Part shown: positions 54,778-64,000 of the stretch, in pieces
How the letters are laid out: each line of letters starts with the position of its first letter
Numbering within the stretch: the first letter of the stretch is position 1
NCBI GenBank assembly: GCA_021830925.1
Contig: JAKBNS010000185.1
Coordinates: 2,975-66,974, forward strand
From: Pseudomonadota bacterium
GTDB taxonomy: Bacteria; Pseudomonadota; Gammaproteobacteria; Burkholderiales; Burkholderiaceae_C
Direction of reading: 5' to 3'
Length of the DNA stretch: 64,000 nucleotides
Program-made: the position numbers and the translations under genes
Notes under the pieces: generated by a model
Seen by the model: the letters and a program-made list of their open reading frames with translations, nothing else
Told to the model about the DNA's origin: nothing
The model's database searches: none

Positions 54778-55410
54778 TCAGTGGTCGGCGGATTCGTGCT
54801 CCTCGCTCATGTGGATGGTGCGGGTCATGATCCGGTCGGTCCAGGCCACGGCCAGCGCCGACACCAGGAAGGTGACATGGATGGCCGTCTGCGCGACCAG
54901 CGCCTTCACGCTGTAGGCGTCGGCGTTGATGAAGGTGCGCAGCAGGTGGATGGAGGAAATGCCGATGATGGCCATGGCCAGCTTGACCTTGAGCACCGAG
55001 GCGTTGACGTGGGACAGCCACTCCGGGTGGTCGGGATGCTGCTCCAGGTAGGTGCGCGACACGAAGGTCTCGTAGCCGCCGATGATGACCATGATCAGCA
55101 GGTTGGCGATCATCACCACGTCGATCAGGCTCAAGGCCACGAGCATGATCGTGGTCTCGCCCAGGCGCGTGGGAGGCGGACCTTCCATGGCCGCGCGTCC
55201 GGCGGCCTGCCCCTCCAGCAGGTGCTGCAGCGCGGCCTGGCTGCCCGCGGCCGCGCGCACCAGGTCGAACAACTCCAGCCAGAAATGCACCACGTACACG
55301 CCGAGCGCGACGATCAGGCCGAGATACAGCGGCAATTGCAGCCATCGACTGAGGAACAGCAGGCGAGCCACCGGCGGGATGGGACGCTCGGGAGTGGGGT
55401 TCGGGCTCAT
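54778..55410 (-). CDS. TIGR00645/YqhA-family membrane protein
   Basis: [41 protein letters not shown]. Confidence 0.88.
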   Translation of the reverse strand: MSPNPTPERPIPPVARLLFLSRWLQLPLYLGLIVALGVYVVHFWLELFDLVRAAAGSQAALQHLLEGQAAGRAAMEGPPPTRLGETTIMLVALSLIDVVMIANLLIMVIIGGYETFVSRTYLEQHPDHPEWLSHVNASVLKVKLAMAIIGISSIHLLRTFINADAYSVKALVAQTAIHVTFLVSALAVAWTDRIMTRTIHMSEEHESADH

Positions 55411-55693
55411 GGATCCGGGGAGGGGGCGCGGAGAAGCGGGCGCGGAGAATCGGGCGGGAAAGGCGGCGCGTGCAGCGGTCGCCGCCGGGCCGGGCGGAAT
55501 TGCATGCAAGTGTAAACGCGAGCATGCGCGGGGAAATCGCGCCGAACCGTCGCGTTGCGCGACGTCAGGGCGCTGTAAGAGCCGGGAGTACACAATCGGA
55601 CTCCTACCGCCTACAGTGGGACCTGACAGCGGGCGCGCGAGCCCGCCGGGTACCCGAATGCGGCATGAACCGCCCAACCCTCTGGAGACAACC

Positions 55694-57676
<1,983 letters not shown>

Positions 57677-57729
57677 GCGCCACGGGGAAGGCCGCGCGGC
57701 GGCCGTCCCCGGACATGGGCTGTAGCGCG

Positions 57730-57755
57730 GGCCGGTGCGATGCACCGGCCTTTTT
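57730..57755 (+). terminator. Intrinsic terminator after acs
   Basis: Stem GGCCGGTGC/GCACCGGCC, loop GAT, then TTTTT. Confidence 0.8.
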
Positions 57756-57770
57756 CACGCGCACACCGGC

Positions 57771-58670
57771 TCAGGCCGCGGGCAGGGGTACCGCCAGCAG
57801 GCCGCTGCGGCCCGGCACGCTGCCCATGCCCACCTCGCGCACCGGCAAGGCGCGCGTGTCCAGCGTCGCGGCGTAGCCGCCCAGCGTGCCGATGCGCAGA
57901 CCCGCGGCCATCCAGCCCTGCAGCAGGGATTCGAACGCGGGGGCGAGCTGGCCGCCTTCCAGTTCGGCGTGCAGGGTGTAGACGTGGTCGCGGCCATCCA
58001 GCGACAGCTTCAACAGGTGCTCGGCGACGTTGTCGGCGCTGATGCCGTCGACGCCGATCAGCTCGTCCAGCGTGGGCAGCGTGGTCGGCAACTGCGGCAC
58101 CTCGAGCACGCGTTCGCCGATGCGCGGCAGGAACGGCGCGTCGCCGCGGCAGTCGGAGGCCAGGCTGAAGCCCAGTTCCTGCTCGAGTTCGTAGGCCTGC
58201 GGGTTCATCTGCCAGCCGGCGGCGCCGTGCACCTCGGGGGCGCGGCCGAACACCTCGCCGAAGCGCTCGACGGCCAGCTGCAGCTGGCGCCGGGTCCATT
58301 CGCGATCGCGCCGCGCCACATGGTCCTGCCACAGCACGTGGTCCCAGGTGTGCACGCCCACTTCATGCCCGGCGCGCCAGCAGGCGCGCATCGGCTCGGC
58401 CGCGCGACGGCCGATGTCCGGGCCGGGCAGCAGCGTGCCGTACAGCAGGGTCTTGAGCCCGTAGTTGCTGCCCACCGAGGTTCGGCGCACCTTGGCGAGG
58501 AAACCTGGGCGGAAGATGCGCTTGAGCGCGCGCCCGGTGTGGTCCGGGCCGAGGCTGAACAGGAAGGTGGCGCGAAGTTCGTGGCGCGCCAACTGGCGCA
58601 GCAGCGCCGGCACCCCCTCGAGGGTGCCGCGCAGCGTGTCCACGTCGACCTTGAGGGCGATGCGGGGCAT
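57771..58670 (-). CDS. arnD: Undecaprenyl-phosphate Ara4FN deformylase (polysaccharide deacetylase family)
   Basis: IALKVDVDTLRGT, FLFSLGPDHTGRA, HEVGVHTWDH, TLHAELEG; in arn cluster. Confidence 0.8.
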   Translation of the reverse strand: MPRIALKVDVDTLRGTLEGVPALLRQLARHELRATFLFSLGPDHTGRALKRIFRPGFLAKVRRTSVGSNYGLKTLLYGTLLPGPDIGRRAAEPMRACWRAGHEVGVHTWDHVLWQDHVARRDREWTRRQLQLAVERFGEVFGRAPEVHGAAGWQMNPQAYELEQELGFSLASDCRGDAPFLPRIGERVLEVPQLPTTLPTLDELIGVDGISADNVAEHLLKLSLDGRDHVYTLHAELEGGQLAPAFESLLQGWMAAGLRIGTLGGYAATLDTRALPVREVGMGSVPGRSGLLAVPLPAA

Positions 58671-58696
58671 GGGAGGATCGACGCCTGCGGTCCTTG

Positions 58697-59752
58697 TCAG
58701 TTGCCGGCTTCGTCCACCAGCGCGCGGGCCTGCGCGATCTGGCCGCGGTAGGCCTCGAAGATCTTGCGCAGCGCGGTGTCCATGTCGGTGCGCGGCGCCC
58801 AGTCGAGGTCGCGCATGGTGTTGGTGATCTTGGGCACGCGGTTGGGGACGTCCTGGTAGCCGGCGCCGTAGTAGGCGCCCGAGCTGGTCTCCATCAGCTG
58901 CACCTTGTGCGCGGTCTCGGCGTATTCGGGAATGCTGGCCGCCATGCGCAGCATGCGCTCGGCCAGGTCGCGCACCGAATGGTTGTTGGCCGGGTTGCCG
59001 ATGTTGTAGATCTGGCCGCTGGCCACGCCGCGCGGGTTCTCGATGATGCGCATGAGCGCGTCGATGCCGTCGTCGATGTCGGTGAAGGCGCGCTTTTGCA
59101 TGCCGCCGTCGACCAGGCTGATGTTCTCGCCGCGCACGATGTGGCCGAGGAATTGCGTCACCACCCGCGAACTGCCTTCCTTGGCCGAGAAGATGGTGTC
59201 CAGGCCCGCGCCGATCCAGTTGAAGGGGCGGAACAGCGTGTAGTCCAGCCCTTCCTGCTGGCCGTAGCCGGCGATCACGCGGTCCATCAACTGCTTGGAA
59301 CAGGCGTAGATCCAGCGCGGCTTGTTGATCGGGCCGTACACCAGCGGCGAGGCCTCGGGGTCGAACTCGCCGTCCGGGCACATGCCGTAGACCTCGGAGG
59401 TCGACGGGAACACCAGGTGCTTGCGGTGCTTCACCGCGGCACGCACGATCGGCAGGTTGGCCTCGAAGTCCAGTTCGAACACCCGCAGCGGCGCCTTCAC
59501 GTAGGTGGCCGGCGTGGCGATGGCCACCAGCGGAAGGATCACGTCGCACTTGCGCACGTGGTATTCGATCCATTCCTTGTTGATCGTGATGTCGCCTTCG
59601 AAAAAGCGGAATCGCGGCTTGTCCAGCAGGTCGGCGATGCGATCGGTGTTCATGTCCATGCCGTACACCTCCCAGTCGGTGGTGCCGAGGATGCGCTTGG
59701 ACAGGTGGTGGCCGATGAAGCCGTTGACTCCGAGGATCAGGATTTTTTTCAT
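58697..59752 (-). CDS. UDP-glucuronic acid oxidase/decarboxylase (ArnA C-terminal domain as separate gene)
   Basis: ILILGVNGFIG, PLVAIATP, PSTSEVYG, YACSK, RPFNWIG. Confidence 0.92.
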   Translation of the reverse strand: MKKILILGVNGFIGHHLSKRILGTTDWEVYGMDMNTDRIADLLDKPRFRFFEGDITINKEWIEYHVRKCDVILPLVAIATPATYVKAPLRVFELDFEANLPIVRAAVKHRKHLVFPSTSEVYGMCPDGEFDPEASPLVYGPINKPRWIYACSKQLMDRVIAGYGQQEGLDYTLFRPFNWIGAGLDTIFSAKEGSSRVVTQFLGHIVRGENISLVDGGMQKRAFTDIDDGIDALMRIIENPRGVASGQIYNIGNPANNHSVRDLAERMLRMAASIPEYAETAHKVQLMETSSGAYYGAGYQDVPNRVPKITNTMRDLDWAPRTDMDTALRKIFEAYRGQIAQARALVDEAGN

Positions 59753-60714
59753 GATGAATGGTGCAAGAGATGTGCGATGCGTTGCGGCTCCAGGGCCAGG
59801 CCGGGCTGCGCGCTGTCCCAGACCTGCTGCAGGTGCAGCACGCCGGCGTCGCCGCAGCGGGCCAGCAGCGCACCCGCGCGGAGATGAATACCTTCGGGCG
59901 TGCCGGGTTCCAGCGCGGCCGCCAGCGCCGGCGCGGCATGCCGGGCGCGCGCCACCAGCAGGCGGCGTCCGCCGGCCTCGAAGAAGGCGCCGGGGTAGGG
60001 CGGCGCCACGGCCCGGATGAGGTTGTAGACCTGCGCGGCCGGCCGGCTCCAGTCGATGCGCCCGTCCTCGGGCTTGCGGGCGCCGAAGTAGCTGCCCTGC
60101 TCGAGACGGTTCGGACGCCGCGGGAGTTCGCCGCGCAGCAGCGACGGCAGTACCTGCCACAGCGCGATCTCGGCGGCCACGGTGACCTTGTCGAACACCT
60201 CGCGCGCCGTGTCGTCGGGCAGGATGGGGACCGCCTGCTGCGCCACGATGTCGCCGGCGTCGGGCTTGGCCTGCATCATGTGCAGCGTGGCGCCGGTCTC
60301 GGTCTCGCCGTGCAGCACGGCCCAGTTCACCGGCACGCGCCCGCGATAGCGCGGCAGCAGCGAGCCGTGCATGTTCAGCGCCGCCACGCGCGCGGCGTCC
60401 AGCACCGCCTGCGGCAGCATGCGCCGGAAGTAGAAGGAGAACACGTAGTCGGCGCGCAGCGCCCGCACGCGCTCGATCTGCGCCGGCTCCAGCCCCTGGT
60501 CGACCAGCAGCACGGGGATGCCGTGCTCGGCGGCCACGTCGGCCACGCGCTCGAACCACAGGTTCTCGCCCGGGTCGTCCGGGTGGGTGATCACCAGTTC
60601 GACGCGCATGCCGCGCGCCAGCAGGGTGCGCAGGCAGCGCGCGCCCACGTTGTGGTAGGCGAACACCACGGCTCGCGTGGCGCCCTGCGCGGTGGTCGCG
60701 GGGGCCTGGGTCAT
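59749..60714 (-). CDS. UDP-L-Ara4N formyltransferase (ArnA N-terminal domain as separate gene)
   Basis: AVVFAYHNVG, FSFYFR, NMHGSLLPRYRGR.PVNWA, DAGDI. Confidence 0.9.
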   Translation of the reverse strand: MTQAPATTAQGATRAVVFAYHNVGARCLRTLLARGMRVELVITHPDDPGENLWFERVADVAAEHGIPVLLVDQGLEPAQIERVRALRADYVFSFYFRRMLPQAVLDAARVAALNMHGSLLPRYRGRVPVNWAVLHGETETGATLHMMQAKPDAGDIVAQQAVPILPDDTAREVFDKVTVAAEIALWQVLPSLLRGELPRRPNRLEQGSYFGARKPEDGRIDWSRPAAQVYNLIRAVAPPYPGAFFEAGGRRLLVARARHAAPALAAALEPGTPEGIHLRAGALLARCGDAGVLHLQQVWDSAQPGLALEPQRIAHLLHHSS

Positions 60715-61688
60715 CGGGCCTGCGCGGAGCCGGCGCCCGCGGTGTCGTCGAGCACGGCCTGCACCACGTAGCGCGGACGCCCGCGCACCTGCTCGTAGAT
60801 GCGCCCGATGTACTCGCCCAGCAGGCCGATGCTGAACAGCAGCACGCCCAGCAGGCAGAAGGTGATGGCGAACAGCGTGAACACCCCCTGCACCTGCGAG
60901 CCGAACAGCAGCCGGTCGATCATCAGCAGCAGGAACAGCGCGCCCGAGGCCAGCGCCAGCGCGATGCCCAGGAAGGACATGAACTGCAGCGGGATCAGCG
61001 AAAAACCCGTGACCAGGTCGAAGTTCAGGCGCACCAGCTTGAACAGCGAGTACTTCGACTCGCCGGCCACGCGTTCCTCGTGCCCCACCTCGATTTCCGT
61101 GGGATTGAGCGAGAAGGTGTAGGCCAGCGCCGGCACGAAGGTGTTGACCTCGTGGCAGCGGTTGATGGTGTCGACCACGTGGCGCCCGTAGGCGCGCAGC
61201 ATGCAGCCCTGGTCGGTCATGCGCACGCGGGTGATGGTCTCGCGCAACCGGTTCATCCACAGGCTGGCGTTGCGCCGGAACCAGCTGTCCTGGCGCTGGC
61301 GCCGGATGGTGCCGACGTAGTCGTAGCCCTCGCGCATCTTGGCCACCAGGCGGCCGATCTCCTCCGGCGGGTTCTGCAGATCGGCGTCCAGCGTGACGAT
61401 GATCTCGCCGCGGCAATGCTCGAAGCCGGCCAGGATGGCCATGTGCTGGCCGTAGTTGCCGTTGAACAGGATCACCCGGGTCACGTCGGGGCGCTCGCGT
61501 TGCTGGGCCGCCAGCAGCGCCGCCGAGCGGTCGCGGCTGCCGTCGTTGACGAAGATGACCTCGTAGGGCTCGCCCAGCGCGTCGAGCGCCGGGTACAGGC
61601 GGGCGTACAGCGAGGCCAGGCCGTCCTGCTCGTTGTACACGGGCACGACCACCGAAACCGCGGGCTGGATGGAGGGCTGCTGGCTCAT
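60711..61688 (-). CDS. arnC: Undecaprenyl-phosphate Ara4FN transferase (GT2)
   Basis: SVVVPVYNE, VNDGSRD, NYGQH, TLDADLQNPPEEI, two C-terminal TM segments. Confidence 0.88.
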   Translation of the reverse strand: MSQQPSIQPAVSVVVPVYNEQDGLASLYARLYPALDALGEPYEVIFVNDGSRDRSAALLAAQQRERPDVTRVILFNGNYGQHMAILAGFEHCRGEIIVTLDADLQNPPEEIGRLVAKMREGYDYVGTIRRQRQDSWFRRNASLWMNRLRETITRVRMTDQGCMLRAYGRHVVDTINRCHEVNTFVPALAYTFSLNPTEIEVGHEERVAGESKYSLFKLVRLNFDLVTGFSLIPLQFMSFLGIALALASGALFLLLMIDRLLFGSQVQGVFTLFAITFCLLGVLLFSIGLLGEYIGRIYEQVRGRPRYVVQAVLDDTAGAGSAQAR

Positions 61689-62845
61689 ACCCCGAATTCT
61701 CGCAGCACTGCCGAAAACTCACGCACAACCCGCTCGACCTCGCCGTCGCGCATGGCGGGAAACAGCGGCAGCGTGAGGATGCCGGCGCCGATGCGCTCGG
61801 CCTGCGGGAAGTCGCCCGGCGCGAACCCGAGCTTGCGGTACAGGCTGAACAGGTGGATGGGCGGATAGTGCACCCCGCTGCCGATGCCGCGGTCCTTCAG
61901 CGCCTGCATCACCGCCGCGCGCGGCGCCTGCGCCGGCAGCACCACCTGGAACATATGCCAGTTGGAGTCCTCGAACTCGCGCGGCGGCAGTTGCACGCCG
62001 CGCGCCTCGAGCCCGGCCGCGTCGGCCGCCTCGAAGTAGGCCCGCGCCAGTTCGCGCCGGCGCGCGTTGAAGGCTTCCACGCGCTGCAACTGGCCCCAGC
62101 CCACGCGGGCGGCCACGTCGGTCAGGTTGGCCTTGCCGCCCACCAGGTCGACGTCCATGCCGTCGAGGCCGAAGCGGCGCACGCCCTGCAGGCGGTAGCG
62201 CTCGGCCAGCGCCGGGTCGGCATCGGCGGGCAGCACCAGGCATCCGCCCTCGATGCTGGTCGCGTTCTTGTTGGGATGGAAACTGAAGGAGGCGAAATCC
62301 CCGAAACTGCCCACGCGGCGTCCTCGCCAGCTGCTGCCGATGGCCTGCGCGGCATCCTCCAGCACGCGCAGGCCGCGACGCGCGGCGATGTCGTACAGCC
62401 GGTCGAGGTCGCAAGGCAGGCCGGCCAGGTGCACCGGCAGCAGCACCCGCGTGGCGGGGCCGATTGCGGCCTCGAGCTGATCCAGGTCGAGGTTGCGCGT
62501 GCGCGGGTCGATGTCCACGAACACCGGACGCGCGCCCACCGCCAGGATCACGTTGGCGGTGGCGACCCACGACAGCGGGGTGGTGATGACCTCGTCGCCG
62601 GCGCCCACGCCCATCATGCGCAGCGCGATCTCCATGGTCACGGTGCCGGAGTTGAAGGCGCGCACCGTGCGCCCGCCGAAGTACTCCGACAGCGCCTGCT
62701 CGAAGCGGGCATTCCATGGGCCGGTGGTCAGCCAGCCCGAGCGCAGTACCTCGACCACGCCGGCGATGGTCTCCTCGTCGATGTCGGGGCGGGTGAAGGG
62801 CAGGAACTCGGCGGCCTGGCCGCCGGCGGCGTGGGATGCGGACAT
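61685..62845 (-). CDS. arnB: UDP-4-amino-arabinose aminotransferase (DegT/DnrJ family)
   Basis: FLPFTRP, SGWLTTGP, EDAAQA, SFSFHPNKN. Confidence 0.88.
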   Translation of the reverse strand: MSASHAAGGQAAEFLPFTRPDIDEETIAGVVEVLRSGWLTTGPWNARFEQALSEYFGGRTVRAFNSGTVTMEIALRMMGVGAGDEVITTPLSWVATANVILAVGARPVFVDIDPRTRNLDLDQLEAAIGPATRVLLPVHLAGLPCDLDRLYDIAARRGLRVLEDAAQAIGSSWRGRRVGSFGDFASFSFHPNKNATSIEGGCLVLPADADPALAERYRLQGVRRFGLDGMDVDLVGGKANLTDVAARVGWGQLQRVEAFNARRRELARAYFEAADAAGLEARGVQLPPREFEDSNWHMFQVVLPAQAPRAAVMQALKDRGIGSGVHYPPIHLFSLYRKLGFAPGDFPQAERIGAGILTLPLFPAMRDGEVERVVREFSAVLREFGV

Positions 62846-62854
62846 GGATGCCTT

Positions 62855-63226
62855 TCAGGTACGGGCGAGCAGGACGACGCCGACGATGATGATGCCGATT
62901 CCCAGCAGCTTTTGCGCGTTCAGGGACTCGCCGAACAGGCCCCAGGCGGCGAAGGCGGTGACCACGTAACCCAGCGAGAGCATCGGATAGGCGATCGACA
63001 CCTGCACGCGGGTCAGCGCGAGGATCCACACTACCACCGACACCGCGTAGCAGGCCAGGCCGGCGAGGATCTGCCACTGCATCGCGAAATGCAGACCGGC
63101 GCGCACGATGTGCCCGGCGGTGAAGGTGAAATGACCGGCGGTGTCGGCGCCGGCCTTGATCAGCAGTTGCGCGGCGGCGTTGAGCATCACGCCGGTCAGC
63201 ACGAGCGCGAAGGCCACGGGCGTCAA
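62855..63226 (-). CDS. Small DMT/SMR membrane protein, ArnE/ArnF-like flippase subunit
   Basis: TTG start overlapping upstream stop; AAAQLLIKAG, SIAYPMLSLGYV, GESL..QKLLGI. Confidence 0.75.
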   Translation of the reverse strand: MTPVAFALVLTGVMLNAAAQLLIKAGADTAGHFTFTAGHIVRAGLHFAMQWQILAGLACYAVSVVVWILALTRVQVSIAYPMLSLGYVVTAFAAWGLFGESLNAQKLLGIGIIIVGVVLLART

Positions 63227-64000
63227 GGTTGCTTCTCCTGGAGGGATGGGGGATTCCACGCCGCCGGCAGGCGCGCGCGCGCCCGGCGCGCCGCGGCGCC
63301 GTAGTCCTGGTCGGGGCGCGCCACGACCACGTAACGCGGCGTGCTGTCGATCACCAGCAGCGGCAGCCCGAGCGCACGCAGCGCCGGCAGCTCGCCGCTG
63401 GGCATGAAGGCCAGCGGCAGCTTCGCCGCGCGCCAGCGCGCCGCGAAGTCGCCCAGCGTGGGAACCCACAGCGCGGGTTGCTGGTCGATGCCGAAATCGA
63501 GTTCGCCGCGGTACTGCACGACCGTGACCTTGCGGCGCAGGTAGAAGGGCAGCGTCTGGTCGTAGGTGGCCACGGTGTAGAAGGGCTGGTCCTCGTGCAG
63601 CCAGGGCCGGATGGCCGTCACGACATCGCGCGTCGACGCGGTGCGCCCGAGGATCTGGAAGGCCTGGGTCGCCACCGTCAGCCCGACGAACATGCTGAGC
63701 GCCAGCGCCAGCACCGCCAGGCTGCGGCGTCCCCGGCGCTCCCAGCGCCAGGCGGCGAGCGCGCCGACCAGGCCCAGCGCCGCGGTGATCTCCAGCCACC
63801 AGCCGAAGCGCTGGTACAGCGCCGCCGGGGTCACCGAGGTGCCGGCCCGCCACAATTGGGTGAAGCCGATGCCGGCGGCCAGGCTGAGCAGCGCCCACAA
63901 CGCGAATTGCCAGCCCAGCGCGCGCGAGCGGGCCCGCGCCAGGTACTCGCCCAGCAGCAGCGCCAGTGCCGGGAACATGGGCAGCACGTACGACGGCAGC
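63223..64000 (-). CDS. arnT: ArnT-like L-Ara4N transferase, C-terminal part (runs off window)
   Basis: LPSYVLPMFPALALL, TM segments, YDQTLPFYLRR, GELDFG; heads the arn cluster. Confidence 0.8.
   Translation of the reverse strand, partial: LPSYVLPMFPALALLLGEYLARARSRALGWQFALWALLSLAAGIGFTQLWRAGTSVTPAALYQRFGWWLEITAALGLVGALAAWRWERRGRRSLAVLALALSMFVGLTVATQAFQILGRTASTRDVVTAIRPWLHEDQPFYTVATYDQTLPFYLRRKVTVVQYRGELDFGIDQQPALWVPTLGDFAARWRAAKLPLAFMPSGELPALRALGLPLLVIDSTPRYVVVARPDQDYGAAARRARARLPAAWNPPSLQEKQP

Noticed and set aside
55500-55509. Perfect palindrome TTGCATGCAA in the acs divergent promoter region
   Set aside because: Single occurrence with no assignable regulator; may be chance
58697-60714. 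ArnA split into two ORFs, considered as a frameshifted pseudogene
   Set aside because: Both halves are intact with their own starts and a 4-bp overlap; separate formyltransferase and decarboxylase genes are the usual Burkholderiales arrangement

Overview
High-GC betaproteobacterial chromosomal segment (Burkholderiales-like, inferred from the fdsR-fdsGBACD, split arnA and glnA-ntrBC organisation). Housekeeping blocks: NAD-dependent formate dehydrogenase fdsGBACD with fdsR and an OFA-family MFS transporter, tamAB, an omega-amino acid transaminase, a CinA-like gene, glnA-ntrB-ntrC with NtrC boxes and a sigma54 promoter, xth, murI, class I fumarase, acs, and an L-Ara4N (arn) cluster running off the right end. 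Interleaved is an unusually dense accessory signalling set: an Aer2-like PAS-heme chemoreceptor co-oriented with a globin-GAF-EAL phosphodiesterase; a roughly 10-kb island (13.6-23.4 kb) with a stand-alone Rossmann protein, GGDEF-EAL and GGDEF proteins, a degenerate PilZ-like protein, two paralogous microproteins, a candidate sRNA, a metallophosphoesterase and a second PAS chemoreceptor with a C-terminal Cache-like domain; and a c-di-GMP-I riboswitch upstream of a secreted beta-helix lipoprotein carrying a 12-copy 6-bp tandem repeat. No rRNA, tRNA, CRISPR array, integrase or transposase was recognised. All family calls are by eye from motifs; no searches were run.
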